A stretch of DNA of 64,000 bases from the human T2T-CHM13v2.0 reference genome, Homo sapiens. The stretch lies in NCBI RefSeq assembly GCF_009914755.1, contig NC_060929.1; one strand, 5' to 3'. A program made the translations under genes and the position numbers. How positions within the stretch are numbered: the stretch's first letter is position 1; each line of letters starts with the position of its first letter. This document shows, one piece after another, positions 26,857 through 45,475 of this stretch. Under the pieces are notes generated by a model that worked only from the letters and a program-made list of their open reading frames with translations, was not told the origin of the DNA and did not search any database.

Positions 26857-27398
26857 GTGCAGGAGGACAAATCTCTGCATTGCCTTGGATGACCCAGCTC
26901 TGCCTACTCCCACTTGCATTCTTGGAATAACCGTAAAATGAAACATCCTGAAATTAGAAGGACCTGTTTGGAAGACTCTAGACAGTGTCATCATTCCTTC
27001 CAGAACTGAATATTTTACAACACTTGTGCTCAGTGATCCAAGTTGCACCCAGAGGTATAAAATCCAAAGTGGACTGTTTTAGGCATCACTCAGCTGAGAT
27101 ACAGAGTGGGATATGTAAACAAAATTTTATCTGTCCTGGAAAGATTTCCTAAGCCTTGAGGCACCAGCACACCACATATTCCAGCCTTCTGTTTATCCTT
27201 GCTTCCTATCTGTTAACAATAAAGTTGTTTTACTTAGTGTATTTTAAGAGTGTTCTGTCTCACCACACTCACACTCTGGCAGCTGGGTTTGAGTAAAACC
27301 TTCTGCCAGATTTAGAAAACTTTGCAGAAATTGGCAAGGTGTTTAGTCTTCACCTGGGATTGATACTAGTGCACACTATTCTGCTTAACATCACACAC
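26857..27398. mobile_element. Probable solo LTR (family not assigned) inserted in L1
   Basis: L1 sequence breaks at ccagaagtaaatcctac and resumes at gtggtcagatgatttttgaca; the insert has TG/CA-like ends, tataaaa (~27056) and aataaa (~27218). Confidence 0.55.
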
Positions 27399-28699
27399 GT
27401 GGTCAGATGATTTTTGACAGGGGTGCAGAGGGAGACAGGAGACTCTCTTCTCAAATGATACTGGGAAAACTGGATGTTCATATGCAAAAGAATAAACTTG
27501 AATCCTTATGTTAAACCATATGTAAAAATTACTCAGAATTGATGAACAACATAAACCTAATACAGACAAATCAAACAGCAGCACATCAAAAAGCTTATCC
27601 GCCACAATCAAGTAGTCTTTATTCCTGGGCTGCAAGTTGGGTTCCACATATGCAAATTAATAAATGGGATTCACCACATAAACAGAACTAAAGACAAAAC
27701 CTACATGACTATTTCAAAAGATGCAGAAAAGGGCCGGGTGCCTGTAATCCCAGCACTTTGGGATTTATTAAAAAGTCCAAAAATAACAGATGCTGATGAG
27801 ATTGTGGAGAAAAAGGAATGCTTATCCACTATTGGTGGGAGTGTAAATTAGGTCAGCCATTGCGGAAGACAAAATGGTGATTCCTCAAAAATCTAAAGAC
27901 AGAAATGCCATTCAACACAGCAATCCCATTATGGGGCATACACTCAAAGGAATGTAAATTGTTCTATTATAAACACACATGCACCCTTATGTTTATTGCA
28001 GCACTATTCACAATTACAAAGACATGAAATCAACCTAAATGTCCATCAATGATAGACTGGATAAAGAAAACGTGGTACATGCCAGAGAATACTATGCAAT
28101 CATAAAAAAAGAATGAGATCAAATCCTTTGCAGAGATATGGATGGAGATAGGGGACATTATCCTTAGGAAACTAACACAAGAACAGAAAACCAAATGCCA
28201 CATGTTCTCACTTATAAGTGCGAGCTAAATTATGAAAATGCATGGACACATAGAGGGGAACAACACATACTGGGGACTATCAGAGGGTGGACAGTGTAAG
28301 GAGAAAGAGGATCAAGAAAAATAACCAATAGGTACTGGGCTTAATGCCTGGGTGATGAAATAATCTGTACAACAAACCCCCAAGACACAAGTTTACTTAT
28401 GTAACAAACCTGCACATGTACCCTAAACTTAAAAGAAAAAGATCCCCATACTACAAAATTCTTAGAAGGAAACATAGGGGAAAATCTTCATGGTGTTGGA
28501 TTTGGCAATGATTTCTTAAATATGATATCAAAAGCACAAGCAACACCAGGAAAAATAGACAAATGGGACTATATCAGACCTAAAACTTCCATGCATAAAA
28601 GGACACAATCAATAAAGTGATTGTAACTGGTGATCTGTGAGCCTTGCCTGTGGCTGGAGTGGCCAGGACGTGAGAAGCAGCATTCTGGGGCAGCACAGG

Positions 28700-30128
<1,429 letters not shown>

Positions 30129-32010
30129 AGGGGTTAATATCTAGAATGTATAAAGTACTCCTATGACTAAATAACAACAAAATAACCCAACTCAATAATG
30201 GACAAAGGATTTGAATAAACATTTCCCCATAGAAGATTTACAAATGGCCAATAAGCACATGAAAAGATTCTAAGTATCACTAACCATTAGGGAAATGCAA
30301 ATAAAAACTACAACGAGATATCACTTCATACTTAACTAGAGTGGTTACTACCAAAAACGGAAAATAAATGTTAGTAAGAATGTGAAATTGGAACCCTTCT
30401 GCATTGCTTTTGGGAAATCTAAAATGGAGCTGTTGCTTTGGGAAAAAGTATGACAGGCTCCTCAGAAAATTAAAAATAAAATTACCATATGGTTTAGCAA
30501 ACTCCTTGCTGGGCATATACCCAGAATAATTGAAATCAAGGACTTGAACAAATACTTGCACACCTGTGTTCATTACAACATTATTTATAATATCCAACAG
30601 GTGGAAACAACACAAATATTTATCAACAGATGAACAAATAAACAAAAATGTGGTATACTCATCCAATGAAATATTACTCAGCCTTCAAAAGCCTTCCTGT
30701 CACATTCTACAACATAGATTAATCATGAGGACCTTATGTGAAGTGAAATGTTGCGGAAGTCAGGGACCCCAAACGGAGGCACCGGCTGAAGCCATGGCAG
30801 AAGAACATAAATTGTGAAGATTTCATGGACATTTGTTAGTTCCCCAAATTAATACTTTTATAATTTCTTACGCCTGTCTTTACTGCAATCTCTGAACATA
30901 AATCGTGACGATTTCATGGACACTTATCACTTCCCCAATCAATAACCTTGTGATTTCCTATGCCTGCCTTTACTTTAATTTCTTAATCCTGTCATCTTTG
31001 TAAGCTGAGGAGGATGTATATCGCCTCAGAACCCTGTGATGATTGCGTTAACTGCACAAATTGTTTGTAGAGCATGTGTGTTTGAGCAATATGAAATCTG
31101 AGCACCTTGAAAAAAGAACAGGATAACAGCAATGTTCAGGGAACAAGGGAGATAACCTTAAACTCTGGCTGCCTGTGAGCTGGGCGGAACACAGCCAGAC
31201 TTCTCTTCTTTCAAAAGCAAATAGGAGAAATATCGCTGAATTCTTTTTCTCAGCAAGGAGCATCCCTGAGAAAGAGAATGCATCCCTAAGGGGAGGCCTC
31301 TGAAATGGCCGCTTTGGGGGTGGCTGTCTTTTATGATCATAGCTGTGGGATGAAATAAGCCCCAGTCTCCTGTAGTGCTCCTAGGCTTATTAGGATGAGG
31401 AAATTCCTGCCTAATAAATTGTCTCCATTTGCCTTGTAATATCTTATTACCTTGTGAAGCATGTGATCTCTGTGACCCACACCTATTCGTACACTCCCTC
31501 CCCTTTTGAAAATCACTAAAAAACTTGCTGGTTTTGCAGCTTGGGGGCATCGCGGAACCTGCCGACATGTGATGTCTCCCCTGGATGCCCAGCTTTAAAA
31601 TTTCTTTCTTTTGTACTCTGTCCCTTTATTTCTCAGACCAGCCGACACTTAGGGAAAATAGAAAAGAACCTCTGTGAAATATCGGGAGTGAATTTCCCCT
31701 GATAGTGAAATAAGCCAGTTACAAAAAAACTTATGCTAAAATTTGTATTAATTTCACTTATATATGGCATCTAAAGCTGTCAATTTTATAGAAACAGAAA
31801 GAATGATAGTTATTAGGAGACGGGGTAGAGGAAATGGAGAGTTATTTAATGTGTTGTAGAGTTTCAGCATGTAAGATGAAAAAGCTCTGGAGATCTGTTA
31901 CACAACAACATGAATATATTAACACTACTGAACCGTACACTTAAAATGGTTAATGTGGTAAGTTTAATGCTATGTTTTTTTAAAACCTCAATTAAAAATT
32001 AAAGTTAAAA
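30129..32010 (+). mobile_element. L1MA/MB 3' end split by MER11
   Basis: caaatggccaataagcacatgaaaagat...gaggaccttatgtgaagtgaaa | taagccagttacaaaaa...acttaaaatggttaa. Confidence 0.8.
30749..31704 (+). mobile_element. MER11 solo LTR (HERV-K11 / HML-8)
   Basis: Starts TGTTGCGGAAGTCAGGGACCCC; perfect 6-bp TSD GTGAAA (30743-30748, 31705-31710). Confidence 0.9.
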
Positions 32011-32884
32011 AAATTAGAGACCAAGTTGTTTGGAGATAGATTAGAATTTATTAAAATAAATCACTCTAAATAAATAATTATTTGCTTCTTCTCTCCCCAC
32101 CCCAAACAATGTACATTTTGAGAAATGATCAAGAGTCAGTGGATGCAGGGTAATAGCGGTGAGCATAGTGGATAAAGAAAGGGAATAAGATAAATTATGC
32201 TTATGTCTTGCATAAGCTTGTCATGACAGTGTGCTACAAACTGCACAGGACATTAACCCCACCTTCTTCACATAAAATTCCAAAGTAGAGGTAAAGACAT
32301 AAAAGTGAAGTAGAAAAAAGTCATAGATTTCTAATATTAGCATGAGCTAGTTTAATGGAGGAGAGATCTCAAAAAGAGTAGGAACAGAAGATATTGAATA
32401 CTTATGAATAACCTACATAAAAAATAAACAGGTCTCATAGAGGAGTGTCTAAATTTCTGAATAATATGAAATATTTTAACACGTGGTGTTACATACGTCC
32501 TTCTTATAGGAAAAACTATGTTTTAAAGATGGAAATGTTTTCTAAATTTATCAATGAACTCAAGACAATCCCAGTAAACTTACCAATATTTTCTAACTTG
32601 ACGAAATTGTTCTAAAGCTTAACTAAAATAATAATCTATTAATAATGACTTAGCTACATCTAAAAAGCATTATATTTTTATTATTAAAAAATACTATCTA
32701 GTCACAAATAGCAAAAACAGTGAAACTGAACCAGGAAGCCAATTAGAAAAAAATTAAAAATTCAGAAATTAGCCAAAGTTTCTAGGATTTTAATATAAAA
32801 AATTAAGTATTTTAAATCTAAGTAGGAATAATTTATTATTCAATAACATATGTAAATCCTAGATACACTGATAACTTAAATACA

Positions 32885-34593
<1,709 letters not shown>

Positions 34594-35494
34594 ACCTGGA
34601 AAATGTGTTGTAATCACTATGATCAAAAACCTCTGACCACTGTCCTCTGACTACATCAGGAATCCTTGGGAAGGCATCAGCGGAGCTCCACAATACAGTC
34701 CCCGCTTATCTCCTTGGCACCTTCTTTTGTTACTTAGTTAAGACAACCTCTCTCTTCGGATGACCTAATTTGTTTGTAATCTCCCACCACAGCGTGTGTG
34801 TTGTGATCCCCCTTTTGATAATGCCACTGCCTCACCTTTAAAAGCCCTCCCTCACTCTATGGAGCCACGCCCCCAGCTACTTTTCTGTATAATTGCCTCT
34901 TCTCTAAGCGGATACATCTTAAATTTACTATATCCAGATTCCTTTATGCACTTTAAACACCTTAGAAAGCACAGATAGCAAAAACAGAGTATTATAATTT
35001 CTCCGAAATTGATCCCTACGTAAAAACTAAAGCCAATTGTAAAATGCATTGCTGTGGACGTGAATTTGTTTCTCCATATTCCTTTTTAAAATCCTCCTAC
35101 TGCTCCCAAGTTTGTCTTCCTAGATCAAAAGAAAATGCAGGATTGCCTCAGACCAACAGATATTCCAGAACCTGCCCAATCTACTCTTGGTCAGCATACA
35201 AAAATACACGTGCCCTCCAAGGAAATGCTGAGCTGGTGATCACTGATTAGGCTGAGATTCTTTCTGTAACAAAGGTTTACATGCTACATCATGGTGACTG
35301 CTACAACTCTATCTTCCCTAGAGAGCTGGCTTTTTGCCCAGAAATGAGGGATGCTTTTAACATTAGTAGGACAGAAGTACCTAACTTACTGTCATGTTAT
35401 GTTGACATATTGATCTGTTCTATTGATTTAATTATAAACCTGTGTTTTTCTTATCAATAGTCACTCACTATAATTAGTAAGATTATCTAGGACA

Positions 35495-35937
35495 GAGCTG
35501 CCCAGTGGAAATAATGTAAGCAAAGTATGTCATTAAAATTTTTCTAATAGCCACATTTTAAAAGGTTAAAAAAGTAAATTAACAATATATCTTATTTAAC
35601 TCAGTATACCCAAACTATTAATTCAACATGTTTGAATACAAAAAATTAATGAGGTATTAATTTCATACTGTCCAAAATTTAGCATGTATTTTATACTTAT
35701 TGTACATTTCAAATCAGATGCTAATTTTTTATTGGCAATACTTCATCGGTATTTAGATTTTATAATAATTACACTCCAAAGCATATATTTACTTATCCAA
35801 GTTGTTCCAAGCACACTTTGTTTTCCAATAGCTGAACTGAGAATCAATTTTTTAACTTAGGTTAAATTAAATAAAATTAAATTTCCCTTTCAGTCTCAGT
35901 AGCCACATTTCAATTTGTTAAGTATTGGACAGCACAG
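35495..35937. mobile_element. hAT-Charlie DNA transposon remnant (MER33/MER3-like)
   Basis: cagagctgcccagtggaaataatg...aaattttctaatagccacatt...tattggacagcacag. Confidence 0.6.
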
Positions 35938-36049
35938 CCACACATCTTGTTCCCTGAATGAGAATAAATGAGGTAGTCTGCACACCTAGCTCTTTTTTCT
36001 GGAGATATGTAGCTAATTTATTTTCTTGGAACACACTGCTGAGCCATCC

Positions 36050-36765
<716 letters not shown>

Positions 36766-37773
36766 TGAGCCCTCCTTTTACAGTTATTTTTGTTTTTGTA
36801 TGAACACGAGCACAAGTTACCTGCAACGCTTCCTTTCTACCTGGTGTTCACATAAGATCTCGGGAGCTGATCAGTTGTTCCTGTTGTTAATACTTTTCCT
36901 TATTTCCACAGGACTTTTGTTTTTTAAATTTTAATTGATATGGGTACGTAGTAGGGGTGTGTGTGTGTGTGTATGTGTGTATATATACACACACATATAT
37001 ATGGAGTACATGAGACGTTTTGCTACAGGAATGTAATGCGTAATAATCACAGCATGTAAGTAAAATGGGGCATCTATCCCTTCAAGTATTTATCCTTGGT
37101 GTTACATACAATCCGATTGCAGTCTTTTAGTCATTTTTAAATGTGCAATTAAATTATTATTGACTCTATTCTCCCTGTTGTGCTGTCAAGTTCTAGGTCT
37201 GATTCATTCTTTTAACTATTTTTTGTACCCATTAACTTGGCTTTTGCGTTTCCTTGTTTTGCTTTATCTTTCCAGCTCATATAGGTGGTGATATACATAT
37301 TATATTTCTAAAAAACATCTACTTAACAGAAGTAACAAAGTACCTGCACATGTGTGTATACTGTATCTATATATATGTGAGGAAAAACACATTCTTGCTT
37401 ATTAAAATCAATTTGAAAAGTTAAACATGTCATTTGAAATCCACCCTTCCTTTGGATTACACTACACTTCTGATGCTTTCTATAAACCTGAGTATCTTTA
37501 TGAACTCAGTATCATTATGAACTCAGGGTCTTGTCCCAGTTAACCTGAGTTATCTTTATTATCGTTACTCTCAATCATCACAACGTGGCCAGTGGAAATT
37601 CCCTTAAGGTGGCTCATTGCTTTTTGAGGACTGTCACTGATTCTCTTACAAACTTCACTGGATATACCTTGCTGTCCAAATATTTTCTTTCAGCCTCAAA
37701 AAACTGGAATTAACTACTCTCCAAAGACTTTGAGTTTACTTTAGTAGAGAATAGTATTAAGAACAAAATATGG

Positions 37774-38384
<611 letters not shown>

Positions 38385-40220
38385 AACAAAATAGGGGCAC
38401 TAGGCTTGAATAATAACATGATTGTGAATAAAAATGCTATAACCGATTGATTATGTAAAGCCTTTCATTTTTCTACGACAGACTGGAAGTGATGTTGCTG
38501 TGCTTTTCTTTTCTTATAGCAGTTCCATTGGTCATCAGAACTTCATCCTACACTTAAACGTCCTTTATATGCTGTGTGTGAGCATACGAAGTCTCTCTCA
38601 TGCTCACACACAGCATCATCAGTACCCCAAAGGGGACCAGAACCCAATGCAGAACTTACAGCAAAGAAATAGAAGGTTTTGATCCTACCTGGTGACTGGG
38701 AGTTCCTGCTCCAGGCAAAAGAGTTGAGCTCAGGTTGGCAAACTGCTTTTATTTTACCCAAGGACATAGAGAAAGCAACAGGATAATGTTGGCTGCACAA
38801 GACTCTGCCTTATTTTGACATCCCCTGGGCTTCAGCCTCCTGTGGTTAATTACTATCAGAAATGGATGAGCCCTGGGGATGAGGGAGATGTAAAAAAAAG
38901 ACGATGGGGGCCTCCAGAGAATTTCTACAGAGACTTAGAACTAATTCTATCTATTTCATCATTGCTTTGTTTATCTGCTTATCATCACTGCATTAAAAAA
39001 CCTGATGCTTTTGGGGATTCTTGGCAAAAACGAAAGAAATAAGATATCCAGAGTAAGGTTGACAAGTAGCTGCATATAATTCCAAATTATCATTAAATCA
39101 GCCTTTATAAGCTGTTTGTTTAACATTAACATAAATATGTTGAATACATATTTTTCCTTAGAATTTTAAAAATCAGTAACTTTTTTTATTACCTAAATTA
39201 TTTTTAAGTACTTTATTGTAGCCACATATGCATTTGCTTCTGAGGAGAATGAATGGCACATAATACCTTAATAGTCAGAAAAGACCACTTAACTTAGGTG
39301 ATGATCACATCATCTGTGACAGAGTATTTAGGAAAAGTCACCAGCAGACTAAAAACATCTGCTGTACAACATTGTACCTATAGTTAGTAATACCGTATTG
39401 TACACTTAAAAATTTTCTAGGAGGATAATTCTCATGTTAAGTGTTCTTACCACAATAAAAAGAAAAATATATCATTTTAACCGATTTACCAGTTGCTGTG
39501 TAACAGAAAGAATATAAACTTTGGAATCAGGAGGACTTATATTTATAATCTTTACTTTTCCACTATCTCATTTTTGCTCCCCACTTACAACAACCCACAT
39601 CCTCTCCCATGATTTCACCACCATTTTAATGACAGCATAACTTTCCAGCTACATGGGCCCTTCATATACACAAGGCCATTAAATCCATCCCAACTCTGCC
39701 TCAGAAAACTGCATGTCTGGATGCTTCAGAGTATTATCATAATTCTAAATAGCTGATTTAGAAAAATCCCACAAATAAGGGATTAAAAAACAACTAATTA
39801 CCCTTTTAATATCATTCTAAAGCAGTGTCTGACAAGCCCACCTAGGATCTTCTAATAATATAGGACAGGGATCAGCAAACTTTTGCTGCTTTTGTAGCCA
39901 AATAGTAAATATTTAGGCTTTGTGAGCCATGTAGTTCTTCGGCCCCTACGCCACGCCACCATTATAGAATGAAATCGCCATGGGCATACATAAATGAGCA
40001 TAACTGAGTTACAAGTTCCAACCAAAGTTTATTAAATCAAATGTATGTTTTCAGCCATTGTATTTTAAGACATTCTTCTGATTCTTTGTCTCTCTGTTTT
40101 CATTCTGGGACACTCATCATGCATATGAAGGGGCATTTGATGCCACAGGTCTCAGGCTTTGTCCATTTCTCCTTATCCTTTTTATTGCTGGTTCTTAAGA
40201 CAGATAATCTCAATTGATTT

Positions 40221-40952
40221 TTTTTGATAGTGAAAATATACTTTATTTTTTAATACAATAGCTGCCAGCAATATACTGGTGTTGATGTTCCAAAAAGAAA
40301 AGAAAATACATGCATTCTATAATAAGCTTTCATTTGCCTGTTCAAGAAATTATAAAGAAAATACTCCAATTCTGTTCAACATTATGGCTTGAGGAGTTGA
40401 AATTTTTCCATGATAAAAATATACTTTGTATGGCCCAAACCTTGACTATTTATAAAGGATGGAGCTTTTAAAAGCCCACATATATCAATAATGAATGCTC
40501 CCCTCTCTTTGAATTAAATGCTTAAATTCAAATTAATGCAAGAAATTGGTGAATCATTAAATGATGAAATTTGTATCAAAATGTTCGTGAAAAAATACAT
40601 TTCTATTTCCTCTACATTTTTACTTTGTAGTTATTTTCTAAATGGGTTTAAGTGCACAGAAATAAATGCTATCTACATGCAACTCTGGAGAGATTCAAAA
40701 CACAACAGAAGTAAAGTTAACATGCCTAAATCCTAGAGTTGATCCACTTAGTGTAAGAATAAATGTCAGAAATCTCTTAATTGTATACAGATTGCTCAAG
40801 GATTTAAAGATAAATTGTGAAAGCCAAAATTACCAAGAAATAAAATCTTATTTGAATTTTATCACAAAAGTCCTAGTAAAAGACAACAGAACTGTATAGA
40901 ATATCTGCATTTACATCAAAAAAGGGAAGTTTGAGGAGGGCCTCTGCCCGGG
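40221..40952 (-). pseudogene. 5'-truncated processed retrocopy of an unidentified mRNA 3'-UTR
   Basis: 14-bp TSD atctcaattgattt (40207-40220, 40953-40966); short poly-T; minus-strand AATAAA (tttatt 40242-40247) ~16 nt from the tail; TT/AAAT endonuclease-type site. Confidence 0.8.
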
Positions 40953-43292
40953 ATCTCAATTGATTTAATTCAAATTTGCTCATTGTTTTTTCTGCTTGTT
41001 CAAGTAGGCTCTTGAATCCCCTTGCTGCATTTTTCAGAGAGAAAGGAAAAAGGATGAGGAAAAATGAGGAAGGTCTGAAACCTGTGTAACCCCAAGAAGT
41101 ATACCAAGATACACAAAATGGGAGTCCCAGGGGGTGAGGTGGGAGAGAAAGGGACAGAAAGAACATTTGGGGAAATATTGGCTGAAAACTTCCCAAATCT
41201 GATGGAAAACATTAACCTACACATCAAAGAAGCTCAGCAAAATCCACTAAGATATATACTAAACTAAAATATATACATGCCAAGATGCCTTATAATCAGA
41301 CTTCGGAAAGACAAAGAGAGAACCTTGAAAGCAGCAACCTAGAAGTGACTCCTTATGAACAAGAATCTTCAATAAGATTTACAGTCAAATTCTCATCAGA
41401 AAATGTGGAGGCCAGAGAGCAGTGGGATGACATTAGAATACTGAGAGAAAAAAAAAAACTGATGCCAATCAAAAACTCTACGTGGCTAAACAATCCTTCA
41501 AAGTGAAGGAGAAATTAAGCATATGCAAATACATAAAAACTCAAGGAAATCTTTGCTAATACATTGGCTGTACAAGAAATTCTAAAGAAATCCTTCAGGC
41601 TGAAATAAAAGGACACTAGGCAGTAATCTGAAGCCATACAAAGAATAAAATACACTGGTAAAGGTAACTGCACAGGTAAATATAAAGGTCAGTTGTTGTA
41701 TTTTTGGTTTGCAACCTTTCTTTTCTTTCCCATCTTACATAAAAGGCAAATAAACAAAAGATTAATATAAATCTATGATAATGGGAACACAATATGTAAA
41801 GATATAATTTGCAATAACAAAATAGGAAGGCACAGAAAACATATATAGCAGTAGGATTCTTGAATAATTTTGATGCCAAGATAGTATTAACTCAAATTTG
41901 ATAATTATAAAGTTTAACATGTTAATTGTAATGCCCAATATAACTGCTAAGAAAATTACTAAAACTATGAAGAATAATAATGAGAATGGAATTAAATGGT
42001 ACATTACAAAAAAATTAAACATGAAAAAAGACAATGTTGGAGGAATTGAGGAAGAAAAAATATATAAGACAGAAAAGAAATAGAATAATGATGTAAGTAA
42101 GTCTTTTCTAATCCATATTTGCTTTAAATGTAAATATATTAAATTCTCCAATTAGCTGGGCATGGTGGTGCATGCACATAATCCCACCTACTCAGGAGGC
42201 TGAGGTGAGAGAATTACTTGAGTGTAAATGTTTGAGTCCAGCCTGAGCAACATAGTAAGATCCTGTCTCAAAAGAAATCCTCTCCAATTAAAAGGCAGAA
42301 ACTGGCAAAAATAAATTTTAAAAGAAACATGATTCATCTATATGCTATGTATGAGAAACTCCCTTTAGATCCAAAGGCACAAATAGGTTTAAAATGAAAC
42401 TGTAGATAGATATTCTATGTGAATATTAGCCAAAAGAGAGCTGGAGAAGCAATACTAATATAAGATAAAATAGACTTTAAGCCAAAATTATTACAAGAGA
42501 CAAAGAAGGAAAATAGCTTAAGGTTATTTTTAACTTCCCTTGTGTTTTCTTCTTTGTCCCATTGGTAGTTTAAAATTGTGTTTCATTTCCGCATATTTAT
42601 GATTTTTTCCCATATTCCTTCTGTTATTGATACCTAGTTTTATTCCATCATAATCAAAAAATTCTTTGTGTGATTTGAATATTTGTAAGTTTATTAAGAC
42701 TTTTTGTGTCATAATAAATGGTCTATCCTGAGGAATATTCCACGGTACTCGAGAAGAATTCCTGTTCTGCAGTTGTTTGGTTGTGGTGTACATTTACGTT
42801 GTAGTTTGTAAATCTTTCTTCTTTCTTAATTCATGTTCACAGCTGTAAATTTCCCTGCAAGCACTGCTTTGCTGCATCTCATAAGTGTGGGTGTGTATGT
42901 ACATCTCAAGGAACTAGAAAAGAAAGAACAAACTAAACCCAAAATTAACAGAGGAAAGGAAATAATAAAGATTAAAATGGAAATGAGTGAAATAGAGATT
43001 AGAAAAATAGAATCAACAAAACCAAAAGTTGTTTTTTTGAAGATTAACAAAATTGGCAAATTTTAGCTAGACTAAAAGCAAAAAACAGAAGACTCAAGTT
43101 ACTAAATCAGAAATTAAAGTAGTACATTACTACCAATTTTACAGAAATAAAAAAGATTATGGGAGCATACTGTGAACAATTGTTTGCCATCAAGTTGAAT
43201 AACCCAAATGCAATGGACAAATTCCTAGAAAGACACAAGTTACTAAAATTGACTCAAGAAGAAATAAAAAACCTGAATAGACCTATATAAAG

Positions 43293-44587
43293 TATAAACA
43301 AAAGTAAAATTCTAAGCCCCCTAACTGACTGAATGGACCCCTTCTCTCAGCCAAGGGGATTCCAAAGAAACCTGAAAAACTAGTTCAGGCCATGATGGGA
43401 AGTGGAGATCAGACATGCCTTGTCATACTCTCCTCCCTTTGGAGTTCAGGCAAAACTGACAGCATCAACATTAAAATGGAGACATCAAGACTGACACAAG
43501 ACTCTTTGTAGCAACAAGACACCAAATTCCAACCTGACTCTAGTATAGCGTCATATGACAGATAGCAGGCTCTAAAAGAAATAAAAATATTTTACCCCAA
43601 AATATATTTCTTTGACATATTTTGAAATATCCCTGCACAGCAGTCTCTTGTGGTGGAAATTTACATTCTGTAGATAATTCCGTTCCCTTTCCAGGTCTTT
43701 TTCTGATCCTGAAGAGATTAGTTGAGAGTTTAGCACCTTTTAAGGTCTGAATAAGAAACATTTGCCATCTATTGCCTCTAATGGCAGCCACCTATGAGAC
43801 TTCATCTACGCAATGAGAACCGTAGTTTCCATAACCCTTTTTCTTAACCCAGACATTCCTTTCTATTGATTCCAGTTCTTTATATAAGAACTTAACTCTT
43901 TTTTTTTTTTTTACTTTTAAGGTCAAGGGTACATGTGCAAGTTTGTTACATAGGTAAACTTGTATCATGGGTATTTGTTGCACATATTATTTCATCATCC
44001 AGACATTAAGCCTAGTACCCATTAGTTATTTTTCCTGATCCTCTTCCTCCTCCCACCCTACACCCTCTGATGGGTCCCAGTGTGTGTTGTTTCCCCTGTG
44101 TGTCCATGTGTTCTCACCATTTAGCTCACACTTATAAGTGAGAACATGTGATATTTGGTTTTCTGTTTCTGCATTAGTTTGCTAAGGATAAGATCTTCCA
44201 GCTCCATTCATGTCCCTGCAAAATACCTGATCTCATTCTTTTTTATGGCTACATAGTATTCCATCGTGTATATGTATCACATTTTCTTTATCCAATTAAC
44301 TTAAATTTTTCAACCGATTGCCAATCAAAAAATCTTTGAATCCACCTATGACCTGTAAGTCCCCACTTCGAGTTGTCCTGACTTTCTGGACCAAACCAAT
44401 GTATACCTTATATGTATTTATTGATGTCTTATGTCTCCCTAAAATGTATAAAACCAAGCTATAACCCAACCATCTTGGGCACATGTTTCCAGGACCTCCT
44501 GAGGCTGTGTAACAGGTCATAGTCCTCACGTCTGGCTCAGAATAAACCTTTTCAAATGTCTTCCAGAAGTTGCCTTTTTTGTCAACA
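43293..44587 (+). mobile_element. ERV1 MER4-family solo LTR interrupted by an antisense L1PA 3' fragment (~43898-44295)
   Basis: taaaattctaagccccctaactgactgaatggacccc...ggctcagaataaacc...tttgtcaaca; nested poly-T plus L1 3'UTR. Confidence 0.8.
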
Positions 44588-45015
44588 GAAGTAAAGAGTA
44601 GCCAAAAATCTCCCAAAAAAGAAAAGTCCTTGAACAGATGGCTTCACTGGTGAATTCTACAAGACATTTGAAGATAAATGAACACTTAGCCTTTTCTAAT
44701 TTTTCCCAAAAAATTGAAGAGGAAGGGATACTTTCTAACTCATTATTTGAAGCCAACATTACTTTGATACCAAAGCCAGACTAAGAAATCACACAGAAAA
44801 AAGAGACAGAGACAGACAGAGAGAAAGAGAGAGAGAAAGAATGAAAGCTGCAGACCAATATTCCTTATGAAAATAAATAAGAAAATCCTCACAAAATACT
44901 AGCAACCCAATTTCAGAAGCAGATTAAGGGGATTATATATCATGATCAAGTGTCAATTATCCCAGGAATGCAAAATTAACCTGACATATGAAAATCAATA
45001 AATGGAACACATCAT

Positions 45016-45475
45016 GTGTATTAGTTTCCTAGGGCTGTCATAACAAATCTTCACAAGTTGAATGGCTTAAAACAACATAAATTTATTCCATCCAATGCTG
45101 AAGGCCGTAAATTTAAAATCAAGGTGTGAGTAGGGTTGGTTCCTTTTGGAAGCTTTGTGGGAGAATCTGTTCCATACCTCTCTCCTAGTTTCTGGTGCCT
45201 TCCAGGAATCCTTGGCTTGTAGTTGCATCACTCCAGTCTCTGCCTCCATCTTTGCAAAGGTCTTCGTCTCTATTTTTTTCGTGTCTCTCCTTTTCTTTCT
45301 CCTACAGGAACACTTGTCATGGGATTTAGTGCCCATTCTAACCCAGGATAATTTCTTCTTGGGATTCTTACTTGAATACATCTGCAAAAAGTCTTATTCC
45401 AAATAAGGGTCTTGTATTTCTAGGTTCTTGGTAGTTATATGTTTTTATGGGGACTGCTATTCAACCCACTGGACC
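45016..45475 (-). mobile_element. MaLR MLT1-type LTR
   Basis: tgtattagtttcctagggctgtcataacaaat...ggcttaaaacaaca...ccttggcttgtagttgcatcactccagtctctgcctccatctt. Confidence 0.8.
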
